From Octopus sinensis (taxonomy: Eukaryota): 64,000 nt of DNA. The DNA is taken from positions 87,172,001 through 87,236,000 of the forward strand of contig NC_042997.1 of NCBI RefSeq assembly GCF_006345805.1, read 5' to 3'. Positions 1-13,249 of the stretch are shown one piece after another. Every line of letters begins with the position of its first letter. The first letter of the stretch is position 1. The notes under the pieces are model-generated. The model did not search any database, was not told the origin of the DNA, and was given only the letters and a program-made list of their open reading frames with translations. The position numbers and the translations under genes are program-made.

Positions 1-1170
1 GTGGAAGGGTCAGGTGCCACTGGTCAGGCGATCCATCTGCTGTCAACGACCGCTGAACGGAGGCCTTGGCATGCCGTGGTTGCTGATGCGCAGACATGCG
101 CTCAGGCTGCGACATCTCAAGCGTTTCCTAGACGGTGATCAGGTGTGGTCGTCTTTTGTCAGACGCGACTTTCCGCAGCTCGTCACTTTGACAGAGCTGC
201 AGACCTGGATTAAACGTAGACCGAGAAAGGGCGCTTGGCACCTCGAGCGCCGTCAAGCTCTCTCCGCCCTCCGCCAGGCGGGCAATGCGATCGGTTTTAA
301 TTCCACTCTAGCTTTCTATAGAGGGTTAGTGGAGGAAAAATGCGACGACGTTCTCGGGGAAACTCTAGGCGTTGACGATAACGAACTGAGCGGTCTGTTC
401 GGAAGGACTTTCGGGCCGGGGTCAATGGATAATTTCCAGAGGTCGCTCGCCTGGCAGTGCTACCGAGGGGCTCTGCCTGTTCGGGATAAACTCTACCGGC
501 ACGGAAGTGCCGTCAGCCGGGCCTGCCCGAGGTGTTGCCAGGACGACGAAACCGTTCTGCACGCACTCGTCCAGTGCCCGAGTATTGCTGAACTATTGGT
601 TTATGTCGAACAGCTACTGTCACGTGTAGGACGAATCCATAGTGAAGATTGTCCCGCCGACCTCCTTTAACAAGGAGGGCGAGGCCGTTTTTTGTGCCTA
701 GTGGCTATGGCGAAAGAGATTGTATGGTGGACCCTTTTGAAAGGGCTAAAGTCAGACACTTTCCTCTTTGGTCAAGGCCTCATCAACTTTTTCAAGTTTC
801 ACTTGAAAAGGAAGATGAGGTTAGAGAGGAGAGTGCTGTCCGATAGCAAGTTTTCTGAAAGGTGGGTGAATTGTGCGAGAATGGCCAGTATAAATGGACC
901 AATTCTCAGGTTTCGCCTGTGATTGAAAAAGGTTTTATAAAAGGAGGAAGGGGCTCCCGTTGGCTTTTATGGGATTTTTTTCCACCAGGAACCTTTCGAA
1001 GCGCCTCCCCCTATTGGGAGTTTTTCATTGTTATAATCTTTCTTTGTTAAACAGTTTTTACTCGGATTTTTTCAAAAGCGGACAAAACCCTTTGTAACCT
1101 TTCGTCCTGTTTTGTCCCTTTATGTTTCCTAATCATGTGTGTCAGCCCTTGTGGCCAATAAAAATAATTA
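1..1170 (+). mobile_element. 3' end of an L1/Tx1-like non-LTR retrotransposon (ORF2 C-terminus, 3' UTR, (TTA)n tail); continues off the left edge
   Basis: ORF 14-670 ends in a zf-RVT-type motif (WQCYRGALPVRDKL...CPRCCQDDETVLHALVQCP) and continues after a frameshift in ORF 692-922. AATAAA near 1157 is followed directly by a (TTA)n tail. Confidence 0.75.
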
Positions 1171-1228
<58 letters not shown>

Positions 1229-1295
1229 TATGTTTGATTTTTGCTTTATATTTGTACAAGTTGGCTCCAAGTCTCACCCAGAGACCTCAAGAGAC

Positions 1296-1360
<65 letters not shown>
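1170..1360. repeat. (TTA)n microsatellite split into two tracts by a 68-bp insert
   Basis: Direct reading: (TTA)n about 1170-1227 and 1296-1360. Confidence 0.95.
1228..1295 (-). mobile_element. Short 3'-terminal fragment of a retroelement with an (AAT)n tail, probably R4/Dong-like
   Basis: Minus strand reads GTCTCTTGAGGTCTCTGGGTGAGACTTGGAGCCAACTTGTACAAATATAAAGC...CATAG then (AAT)n, with TAA repeats on both sides. The family assignment is from recall, not a search. Confidence 0.45.
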
Positions 1361-1361
<1 letters not shown>

Positions 1362-1580
1362 GCAGGATCGTTAGAGCGTCAGACAAAATGCCTAGCGATA
1401 TTCATTCCGACTCATTACAGTATGAGTTCAAGTACTTCGAGATTGACTTTGCCTTCCACCCTTTCAGGGTCGATAAAATAAGTACCTGTCTAGCACAGGA
1501 GTCGGTGTAAATGGCTGCCCCACCACCCTCACGTCTCTTTAAATTTCAGGCATTACGCCTATAATAGAAAGGATTACTAT
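1361..1580 (+). mobile_element. SINE (family A in this report)
   Basis: Core GCCTTCCACCCTTTCAGGGTCGATAAAATAAGTACC matches the fuller copy at 26059-26280. Confidence 0.7.
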
Positions 1581-4310
1581 CATCATTATCATCATCATCA
1601 TCATCATCATCATTATTATTATCATTATTATTATTAACAACAACAAGAACAGCTGGTGCAATGGAATATGATATATACACACATTGTGGATACACGAGCG
1701 CATGCACACGTATTGACACTTGTAAATGTTTACAATGAAAGGCGTAAACACCAATTCACACTTATTTAAGTATTGAAGCTGCACATATCCTATATCAGCC
1801 AGCAAAGGACTACACAACAAGCAGACTGTTACGCCGCATGTTTAAAACATTTAGTCACGCATGCATTCGGTACGCCTAGAGTTGACACCACTTGACGCTG
1901 TCAGTGAGGGCTCCTCAACGTGATTGCTCGACCCGCTAGAAATACCAGTCAAATCTTTCTCAAATTACACCCTATCTTCTCAAAAATGGAAAAGCTTCAT
2001 TATACTAACTAATGTACTGTCTGAAAAAAAAACCGTGATGGTCGTGGTTGGAATGACTTTCAGCATTTTTGCGTGATTCAGTTAGAGCGGAACTGACTTG
2101 TGACTAATCCAGTGTTTCTCATTATAGGACTAAATCCTCCCGAGGGAGGGTCTGTGCCCATAACCCCTCGTGGGAAATACTTATATAAATTCGATTTCGG
2201 TTTAGCCTTTTCACTTCATTTACATCTCATAGCTGTAATTTTGAACGGCATTTAACAGCCCAGAAACGAATTATCTCCCTTGTATTGACTTGACCATTAT
2301 ACACTGTTGCAAACGGAACATTTGATAGTACCTAATCGTCTTAAGGTCACGTTTTTAAAGTGATAATATCTACATCAGCTTTAGATACTTGGCACTTTCC
2401 ATGCTGATTAGTTTAAACTTTCCGCCCCATTTTTCAATCCGCACATTTGGGGAGGTGGACTGTAAGATCGAAAAGGTAATTGTACGCCATGTTTAATAAG
2501 CTTAACTTCTAAATTTCAGATCTTTCAATTTTACAATATCATGGCGAAGAAAGAAGAGTTTTATGGATGCCTACTATATTTTGCCTTCTCGATAATAAAG
2601 AAGGGGAAGTACCAAAATAATTGTGATTGGGATAGGGAATCGATTTCTAGCAAACTGGCCGATCACGTAGAGGCACACTTGTTGTCCCGTAAGAATGACG
2701 TAGTGAATGATGTTCTAGTTAATGTTGTTGTTACTTAGCCCCTGGTCAGTCCTGGTTGAGCAGACCTAAGATCAAAGGCAGTCAGAACATAGGTATCTAC
2801 CTTATTTTATTATTTTTTTTAAATATATTTATTTGGTGCTTTAGAGTTATATCTACTATTTCTAGCAGCTCGAAAGACCACATAGAGAGTGTTAGTGGTG
2901 GTGGTGTTGGTTTTGATGGTGGGTGGTGGTGGTGGTGGTGGTGGTGGTGATGGTGGGAGGTGCTTTGTCGGGTGCACCAGCTTGATAACTTAGGTATATC
3001 CGGCTCATACACTATCTGCAAATCAGTTTACCGTCTGAGAATACGGAAAGCTGTCACAGATAGGATATCTCAACAACATACACACCCAGGTCTAACACAT
3101 AAACACAAACACATACAATAGCACATACACACACATACACACATAAATTCACCAAGTTTCCAAGATCTAGATCAGGCAGTATTCTACACTTGCATCGATG
3201 ATCACTGCACCTTTCTGATAGCTGCATTGATATAGAATAGTTGATGCATACATGAAGGTAAATAGATACATACATACATAAATACATACATACATACATA
3301 TATACATACATGCATACATACAAACATACATACATGTATGTATCTATGTATGCATATATGTGTGTATGATGTAGGCATGGATGCTATGTATGTGTGTGTG
3401 TGTGTGTGAACTTGTAAGCGCTATAAAACAGTACAACCTGTTGCATGGTCCGGTCGCTGGTGAATAACCAGCACTCCCACGATGCTTGCCTGGTGAGGAG
3501 GGTAGTTTAGAAACCTAGCGAGACAAGACCAAGACCTATCAAAGGGATGTATGAATCCAGCGTATGGTCAACGACTATCTAGCGCAACGGCGCACAAAAG
3601 AGAACGTACGACAGTGAAACCGCCAAACTCGAGCTTTAGCGTTCACCGCAGACATAAATATCAGTTTGGTATCTAGCAGAGATAACTCATCTCATAGCAG
3701 ACAGCTGACTCAATACCACGTCAATTAAAGTTTTTTGGGTGTAGATCACGTCCACATCATCAAATATTCGGAATCAGAATGAAGAGAGCATAAGAACTAT
3801 TTAAAATGGTTTTTAGACGAGAGTATTTAGGCCGCCGATAGTCACTTCCAGCCATATCAGTTTTTCACTGGATTCTATATGCATGGCATCAGTTAATCGT
3901 AGGCCGTTGTATTTCAGGGACAACAGTTACTAATGAGATAATGTCAGGTGGAAAATGAGTTTGCGAGGGTAGTATATTCGAGTTATCAGCGGCCAAAAGC
4001 TTGTAGATCATCAAGGCGTACTTTAGGTGGCAACAAGAGCATAGAACAGTTTTCCTATTGATGGATACTGCGTAGTGGTAGAGACTCATGGCTGGTTACT
4101 GACATATTTTCCCACTTTGTATGGATATTGTATCCAGTCTCTGCTGTACTATCAGCGTTTGTGCGTTTGAAAATATATTATACACACACATATTCACACT
4201 CACTCACATACATACATAATACACACACACACATACATACATACATACATACATACATACATACATACATACATACATACATACATACATACGTACATAC
4301 ACATAAACAG

Positions 4311-5030
4311 TGATGTAGACCCCCGCCTCTACCTAAAACGAAAACAAGGCGGAAGAGGCTTAACATCGATCCAAAATGCCTTTGAATGTCGCATTATATC
4401 CCTTCGGCAACATCTTTTAACCACCAAATGTCGAAGTGCATCCCTTGACCAAGTTTGCACGCATGAGGCTCATAACATCATAAGAGTTTGAAGGTAGCTC
4501 CTTGAGCAACACTCTTTGTCTGATAAACTAGAATAAATGTCCAAAGAAGTCGCACGACTTTACCTCAATGTATCATCAGATGAAAGGATGAGGCTATATG
4601 AGCAGAATACTATGCATGGATATGTTACTAGAAAGCTCTGTGATGATAATAAAATCGATCATCAAAGCAGTTTATCATGGACCAATAGCCGGATTACTAC
4701 CTCCCACTTTGAAGGGTATGCGTTTGCAATCCAGGAACAGGAAATATCAACCAATTACCTGATGCAAAAAAAAAGGGATAGGGATGCAGGTAAAGCCATA
4801 AAGTGTGACAACTGGTGCAGACTTTATGTAGTTCACACTGAAGATACCACCCACATCATAAGCAGTTGTCCGAAAATGTCATCATGATATTATCTACCGA
4901 TGAGACATGATGTTGTATCTAGGACACTCTATAATGAAATCTGTCGGAAAGATAATCCCAAGGACAAAGAAATAAGAACCCACAATATGATAGAAGCCAT
5001 ATCCACTCATAATAATAAGGAATACTGGAA
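4311..5030 (+). mobile_element. Degenerate RLE-type (R4/Dong-like) LINE fragment
   Basis: Translates to RLYLKRKQGGRGL (RT thumb), FEGYAFAIQEQEIST, CR.....EDTTHIISSCPKMS and RHDVVSRTLYN (CCHC/RHD region of restriction-like-endonuclease LINEs), with stops. Confidence 0.7.
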
Positions 5031-5174
5031 GAGAGGTAGAGGCAGAGGGATAGAAGAATTAGGGAGGGACGAGAAAAAGCAAAGGACAGAGTGGAAAGAA
5101 CGAAGTAAATGTGAAGGGGCTGAATGAAAGAATGGAAGAATGAGAGAATGAGAGAATAAGAGAGTCGTACAGAA

Positions 5175-5230
<56 letters not shown>

Positions 5231-5639
5231 AAATATAAATACATAGGGAAAGTGCTAGAAATGAAACTAATATATATATATATACATAGTGAAAGTACTA
5301 AAACTGAAAGTATTACCTCATTACAATAGAGATGTTATTGTTTCACTTCTGACACATAATACTGAAATAGTGTAAGAGATAAGAGATTACTCCTGGCTCA
5401 CATTAGGCAAGAAGAGGAAAACTTTTGGGGCCCATGACACTGCATGGACTCTTAGTAAGGCATGTGTATAATTTGAATGAAATCGGTTGGGTAGTTCTCG
5501 AGTTTTAGTGATGCACACACATATTCTCAGTTTTATATATGTAGATTATGGTTGCATAGCATAAGACCACGTACCCACAAATCATTATTATTTACGTGCC
5601 AGCTTCCAGAAACGCGTTTTTTATTGGTATATTCAATAA

Positions 5640-6370
5640 CTTTACACGGCTATTTGTGGTGGCTATTTAAGCAATGTGTTCGATGAGGATTAATGAGTTA
5701 GATGGGTGCTGATGAAGGGACAAGGACTCCCGAAATACGCCCATTACCCATTTTTCATCTTTGATCTCATTGTTTATTTACATCTGACGTCTCGTATACG
5801 AAACGCTGTAGCAAAAATCCGTGCTGGTTATAATTTCTATTGAATATCTGGATAAATAAACTTAACAAAATAATGTGTCAGCTTTGTTTAACTGTGAGAT
5901 TTATTTCAATGTTTCTGCTGTTATTTTAATATTTTATATGCTTTGATAGAGTATGTGCAATGCCAGTTTTATTTTCTTAGGTGATGATTGTATTTCGTAT
6001 ATGCTGTATGACAGATGTTACTTGTTTAAGGTTACATTGTCGAGCGATGTTTTCGTGGAATTTATGTAATATAAGATGTGTTAATTGATGGATGGAAACT
6101 GTATAGAATGTAAGTTATATGAGACGTGGGTGTTACAGTGTCGAGCATCGATTATGTAGGAGTGTGTTGTGTTATCTTATTGGCTGGTGATCGAGTAGAG
6201 GAAATGAGTGATTATATTTAGTTGCGATTCTATAGATTACATGTTGTGTGAGTTGTGACATTATACTGGGTGGTGTTCTGGTGACATGTTCTGTACAGAG
6301 GGTGTACCATTTTAGTTTAGATAGTGAATTCTATTATAACCAAAATCAGAACGGCTGTTAATGTAACATC
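5640..6370. mobile_element. Probable Penelope-like element remnant carrying a hammerhead-like motif
   Basis: Hammerhead core at 5709-5735, followed by a long strand-skewed (G/T-rich on +) tract like the skewed 5' region of the Penelope at 35550. No clear protein motif recovered. Confidence 0.35.
5702..5744 (+). ncRNA. Minimal type I hammerhead-ribozyme-like motif
   Basis: ATGGGTG-CTGATGA-A-GGGA(caaggac)TCCC-GAAA-TA-CGCCCAT: 7-bp helix I, intact core, 4-bp helix II, helix III essentially absent. Confidence 0.6.
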
Positions 6371-6463
6371 CTGATAAGCTATTGTTATATATATCTAAAG
6401 CGATTTACATTCGATATTTTCTGTGTAACCGAAGAATAGTGCTCTCTCAGTCTCTCTCTCTCT

Positions 6464-6541
<78 letters not shown>

Positions 6542-6798
6542 ACATGCACATACATTGCAGGTCTGGTTTTAAGCCAATTAGAGAGATTTTTCAAATTGGG
6601 CAGGACGCCAAGTGAGGACCCCGTGCAAACACTCAAGCGGAGGACGCTATGATGAATCTTTAGTATATCATTGTGGCTAACGATGGATCCTCAAGCCTTC
6701 AATACTTTTTGGCTTGAACTGGCATACTACACGAAGCATAAAAACAACACACACACCACACACACATACACACACACACACATACACACACACACACA

Positions 6799-6836
<38 letters not shown>

Positions 6837-6865
6837 CACACAAACACATATAAATATATATATAT

Positions 6866-7032
6866 CGGACAGACTTATTTCAGTTTCCGTCAGACAAACC
6901 CACTAGTATGGCTTTGGTTGGCCCAAGGCTATAGTAGAAGACACTTGCCCAAGGTGTCACGCAGTGGGACTAAACTCGGAACCATGTGGTTCTGAAGCAA
7001 GCTTCTTATCACACAGCCACTCCCGCGTCTAT
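6866..7032 (-). mobile_element. tRNA-derived SINE (family B)
   Basis: Same motif set (GAAGACACTTGCCCAAGG, CAGTGGGACT, GGAACCATGTGG) recurs at about 17800, 20050, 23170, 27570, 40700, 46400, 53170 and 63940. Confidence 0.8.
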
Positions 7033-7092
7033 ATATGTATGTATGTATATATATATATATATATATAATATATATTATATATATATATATAT

Positions 7093-7138
<46 letters not shown>

Positions 7139-8288
7139 TTATATTTAAGATCTTTAATTTGTAAATTTTAATATTTTATAAGTCTTTGGTGTAATAATAT
7201 TTTTCTTATGTATATTTTGGTGTTTATGTAATGATCTAATTATCGTAATTTTCAATATAATTATTAGATATTAAATTTAAGTTTATTCGTAAGATATTAC
7301 TTAGCGATAGATATGTTGTTTGATAGTAAGTATACGAGTTGTCTAAAGTTAGGTTTATGTGTATACATGTATTAATAGCATTAATTGTAGTTTTAAATTT
7401 CTTATAATTAAAATTAGATAAACTTAAATAAACTTAGATTTGTTTCGACCAAAGATTGGTCCAGGCCATGTCTAACTTAATAGCATAACTTAGTTATTGT
7501 CTTTTAAAATTGATATTTGCTAATTTCATTCCCATTGATAAATATATTTATAGCATTTATAGTATTTATTCGATACTATATAACTACGAATTGATTATTT
7601 TTGTTTCTATAAGTATTTTAAATATAAGATTTCCGAAAGTTCGTTTAAGTTTGTTTGTTTGTATTTTTGAAATTAGCTATTTCATCTTTAAATATGAAAA
7701 CTTAATTTATTAGGTCTTTATTATATATGCGTATATATTTATTTATAGAGCTTATTTTAGATCTTAATTATAATATTTATATACATTTATATATTTTCAT
7801 TGATAATTTTTATATATAATAGTAATTTTTTAAAAAAATATTTATGTAATTAGATATAGACCATTACCGATATTAGATTATAGGTGGATTTCTTACCTTA
7901 AAATTAAAATTAATATTTAACATTATAATCGATTTTGATATAATCATAATCGTTATGTTTTAAGTTTCTAGTTTGATAATAGAGTTTATTATAAGTAAAA
8001 TTATTATATTATTTATATCTTAAAAATATTGTTTAAATATTTCTGATTATTTTTAAAATATTTCAATTAACCTGAAGATTGACTCTAACCATAATTCGAA
8101 TTATTAATTGAATTTAAATTATTGTTATTCGAATTGGTACAGCCATGAAACGATCGTAGTGTTTTACTTTTTATCTTTTATTAAAATTTTAATACTTTTG
8201 ATATTTATATAATAAAATTAATTTTTTTTTAAATTAATAAATAAATTAATAAATAAAATAATATATAAATATAAAAATATACATACAT

Positions 8289-8324
<36 letters not shown>

Positions 8325-9122
8325 TTGCATATATATATTTAAAATTTATAAGTTTAAATTATTTAAATAATTTTTTTAAATTTTAACTTTTATATTTTAA
8401 AATTACTTTTATGTATTGGCTTATGTTTTTCACTGTTTGATTTGCTTAATAGTGGTTTTATTTCTAATTTAATATAATATATATTTGGTGTTACTTTGCT
8501 TCAGTGTGATTTATTTTTTACATTAATCTTAATCTTATTTCGGCCAGAGTTCTTTCGTCACACTCCTGTGACCGCATCAGTTGTCCTTTGTTTTCTTCTT
8601 TCTTATTTGTGTCCCTCCTTACTAACCGTCAGCCATTTTGTATTTCTATTGAATGTCTTCATTTGCGCATGCTTATATCTATATGTGCGTCTATGTTCAT
8701 CCAGTGTGTGTGTGGGGGGGGCCTGTAATATTTGTATCTTCTGTTTATATACGTTCATGTAATTTGTTTTTGTTGTTGTTGTGTTTGTTTATTCTTATTT
8801 TGTTCATGTGTATACATCCACTTATTATCATCATTACATATGCTTGTATGTATGTATAACATCAATACTAGTAATAATAATAATAAATAAATAAATAACT
8901 TATATAGTTATTTATTTCTATTTGTTTATTTATCTGTGTATTTATTATGTTTTCGGGATCCTCTACCGTCATATGTTGTGGTGTGTGCTAGTGTTCCATT
9001 CTAGTTTCCTATTCAGGCTAGATTTATTTTCTATTATGTGTAACACCAAATATATAGTGCGTGTGTTTTTATTGGCTAAACTGACAAAGTGACTATTCCG
9101 AAATACAACATATATATATATC

Positions 9123-9153
<31 letters not shown>

Positions 9154-9212
9154 TGGTTGACAGGGCAGTTTTAGCTTCCCTACTATTATAATGTAAACCT
9201 TTTTAAACTCAT

Positions 9213-9630
9213 AATATTCTGTGCGTGTATACCAATATTCCACTGAACTTTTTAATAATTCCTTCTGGAAACTATCTTTTACATTTTCTTGAGAATGTAT
9301 ATATTTGTTGTAATCTTTTGTGCCCAATATTTCAATGAACTTGTTAAACTTTTTTATGTTCTTAACATGCTCTTGTCACCAAAGAATGTATATATATGTA
9401 TTGTAGTACTCTGTGACAACCAATATTCTGTGCGTGTTTGAATATACAGACACAATAATAATACCCTACTGAACTTTTTAATAATTCCTTCTGGAAACTA
9501 TCTTTAACATTTTCTTGAGAATGTATATATATGTTGTAATCTTTTGTGCCCAATATTTTAGGAACTTGTTAAACTTTCTTATGTCCTTAACATGTAATTG
9601 TTACCAAAGACTGTATATATGTAATGTAGC
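9213..9630. repeat. Two-unit direct repeat, period about 226 bp
   Basis: ACTGAACTTTTTAATAATTCCTTCTGGAAACTATCTTT at 9242 and 9468; ORFs 9076-9327 and 9362-9553 share the same N-terminal text. Confidence 0.85.
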
Positions 9631-9781
9631 ATTTTGTAACAACCAATTCTTAACACAACCAAACGTTTACATGTTACTTTTGACAATCTTTTTCCAAAGA
9701 GTGAAACCGGTAAAGTAAATAAACATCTTTTAAATTTGCATTTTCAAACCACTCGTGCGGTACCCTACAACTCCACTTTGT

Positions 9782-9817
<36 letters not shown>

Positions 9818-9834
9818 ATATGCATATGTTTGTA

Positions 9835-10030
9835 TGTCTGCGTTTGTCCCCCACCATTGCTTGACAACCGATGTTGGTGTGTTTACGTCCCTGTAACTTA
9901 ACGGTTCGGCAAAAGAAGCTGATAGAATAAGCATTAGGCTTGGAAAAAATAAGTCCTGGGGCGATTTGTTCGACTAAAGGCGGCGCTCCAGCACGGCAGC
10001 AGTCAAATGACCGAAAGAAATAAAAGAATA
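9835..10030 (+). mobile_element. SINE 3' module (family C)
   Basis: TTGACAACCGATGTTGGTGTGTTTACGTCCC...CAGTCAAATGAC.GAAA; related copies at 24960-25150, 40425-40600 (minus) and 63695-63850 (minus). Confidence 0.75.
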
Positions 10031-10239
10031 AAATTTAAAAAATATACAATACCGTCTTATGCAGAAGATTTTTCCCCGTCTACCTGATACTACACAAATC
10101 GAAAAGAATCATTCTTCCCATGTCTGATTCTCAATAATAGTAGCTAAACATTGAAATCATCGGCATTTAGCTAGATTCCTCAGAGAAAATTCATATTTTA
10201 TCTATATTAATCCCCCCTTCCCCTCTCTCCCACTACATC

Positions 10240-10281
<42 letters not shown>

Positions 10282-10983
10282 ATCTTTCTCTGTCAATTTC
10301 TAACCTTCTCTTTCTGTAACTCTAACAGACGCACGTTCGCACACGTGTCCGAAAGGGCGTGTGCGTGATGCGAGAAAGAAATAGATGGAGAGAGAGTCTA
10401 TTGTGTGTGGGTGGGTGTGGGTGTGTATGTGAGAGAGAGAGAGTGAGAGAGTAAAGGAGAGAATTTGTGAGAGACAAAGAGTGTATGAGAAAGTGTGTGT
10501 ACGTGAGAGAGAAAGAGAGAAAGAGAGACAAACGAATTCCAACAGCCTAACCCACACGCCGTAACCCTCCTTGTAATTCTTCCGAAATGTTAAGTACCAC
10601 GGATATAATTATTTTCATCTAACCAAACACCACCATCACCATCACCACCACTATCACCGTCACCACCACTACCACTAGCACCACCACTACCACCACCACC
10701 ATCACTATCACCATCATCACCACCACTATTAACAAGATCAACATGATCACCATCACCACACCAACATTAACATCAATATCTACTTCTAATGCCTCATCCA
10801 TCATCACATCAGCACCACAACCACTACGACAACCCTTGCCGTTACCAACACCGTGAGCAACAACACCTCTATTAAAACAGTATCAACAAAACCTATCCTC
10901 TCATGACTGGTTCTTTCGACTTTTAAGAATACATTTCTGACCCACTAATAGTATATAAATGTGTATATGTGAGTGTGTGTGTG

Positions 10984-11016
<33 letters not shown>

Positions 11017-11045
11017 ACCATTTTGGTGATATGCTTACCCTCTTA

Positions 11046-11265
<220 letters not shown>

Positions 11266-12223
11266 TGCATAGACACACAATGCAAGAGATGGACACACGC
11301 TGGAAGAGGTGAGTTGCGTCCAAATGATTTGGCACGATAAAGTTTTTCGCTGTTTTAGGAGGAAAATTTTCTGTGTACCAAGTCGAGCAACCGTATAGAG
11401 GGCATTCCACTCCTATGCTCGATGTGTTTGGCAACAACTTTCATAACTCCAGATAGTACACGTGTTTCAGAAAGGCAGCAGCGTAACTTACATGAGCTTA
11501 AAGGACCTGTTACGCAACAAACGCAGCCTGCATACTTCGTCGGCATTATTAGTTACCGGCTGCATTTGCTGCGTGACAGAGCATTCACACATATGTAATC
11601 TACAATGGTTGACTTTTTGAAATACATATACATGATATAAAGTAGTAAATAAACTTTTCCACACGCACACACACATACATACATACACACACACAAATGT
11701 ATAGACACATATACATGCATACATGCATATATACATATGTGTATATACCTTATATGTGTGAGGAGGATTGCTAGAAACTAGCAGGACTAAAAACAAACCG
11801 TCAAAAGAACTGTTAAACCCAGTGTATGTTCAACGATTATCAAGCAATAAGCATGGGCACTCAGAAATTCCGGGCTGGTGTCCGACATGCTTGAAATCTA
11901 CTAGAAGTGAGGCACCTCCAGCTTTTGTCAAAGCATGTCTCTAGAAAAATGTCACTCCGATTCAAAACCAGATATGCAGGGAATGGAAATGAACATTTTG
12001 GGGATCTTTTTCTTGCGCTTGAGATCATGTTGCTCGCACATTCTTGACCCTGTGAGCCATATTGGTACTAAATATCTTGCCCTGACTTGTCTCTGCATCA
12101 TCTCAATACTGCAGAGAGAGCCTATGATGTTTTGTGCCGCCTTATTGAACCTAAAATTGTGCAGTCATTTTGCATGGGTAATGACTAGTTGATACTCATC
12201 CCTGGTATAAATCAACAGCCATC

Positions 12224-12262
<39 letters not shown>

Positions 12263-12443
12263 ATAAATATATAAACATACATACATACATAGAAATATGT
12301 ATGTATAGATATATACGCACATGTACATATGTGTATGCTTGCGGTTTTTGTGTGAAAGTACGTCTTGATAGACAACCTGGAGAAAGGAAACTCAACATAT
12401 AAAGTATATATATATACATATATATATATATACATATATATAG

Positions 12444-12498
<55 letters not shown>

Positions 12499-12588
12499 AT
12501 ATATATATACATATATACCATATATATATATATATATATAATATATATGTATATATATGTAATATATACATATATACATATATATATA

Positions 12589-12625
<37 letters not shown>

Positions 12626-12867
12626 CGAGAGAGAGAGGGGGGAGATAGAGCGAAATTATATAGACAGCAGTCTGCAATGTTATACCAAAGAGGAAAACTA
12701 TAATTGTCTCTAAATATGACTAGGATGTTAGAAACACCTACATTGCTAGAAATAAGAGCTAAAATACTCTAATGCTGTAGTCAAAGCACATAATTGTATA
12801 CATATACACTATACATACATGTGTGTGTGTGTGCGCGCGCGCGCCCGTGTGTGTGCATATATATAAA

Positions 12868-13240
12868 CTAGAGTCTCACCCGCCATATTCGGGTAACGTA
12901 AGTTGTATATATTTGCCACTATGAGTGGCACAATTTGGCTTATATGCAATAATTACACTGAAACTTTTATCATATTTGCTGTTCTCTTTGCCTTCTTTTT
13001 CTTTCTTGTGCTACTCTCCGTTGCTTTTCTTGCCTAGTTTCTTCCACTTTGTAGTTTCACGAAGCATTTAACTGAAAAAAAAATCTTTAAACATATACTT
13101 GAGTGACGTTTGTTTTATTTGATTATTTGATCCAAACATTGTGAATGTGATATGCTCGCTTAGAGACGTCATTGTTAACAAAACAATAATTTCTTTTAAA
13201 TGAAAAAGAAAACCAAATTTTGGAAAAAAAAGGATAAAAT
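12868..13240 (-). mobile_element. Helitron-like 3' terminus (left boundary firm, right boundary approximate)
   Basis: Minus strand CCCG-AATATGG-CGGG hairpin followed by TGAGACT-CTAG|T. The 5' TC end was not located. Confidence 0.45.
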
Positions 13241-13249
13241 GTTTACTGA

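Noticed and set aside
14-670. 218-aa ORF as a host gene
   Set aside because: It is the C-terminal zinc-knuckle region of a LINE ORF2, with a frameshift and retrotransposon tail.
8548-8586. Minus-strand CTGATGC-G-GTCAC(6 nt)GTGAC-GAAA hammerhead-like core
   Set aside because: Conserved A9 is C, no helix I or III partner is visible, and it borders sequence of doubtful quality.
11280-11400. Plus-strand ATG...AG|GTGAGT donor and TTTTAG acceptor
   Set aside because: Implied intron is only 50 nt and the spliced product is a 22-aa peptide with no recognisable homology.
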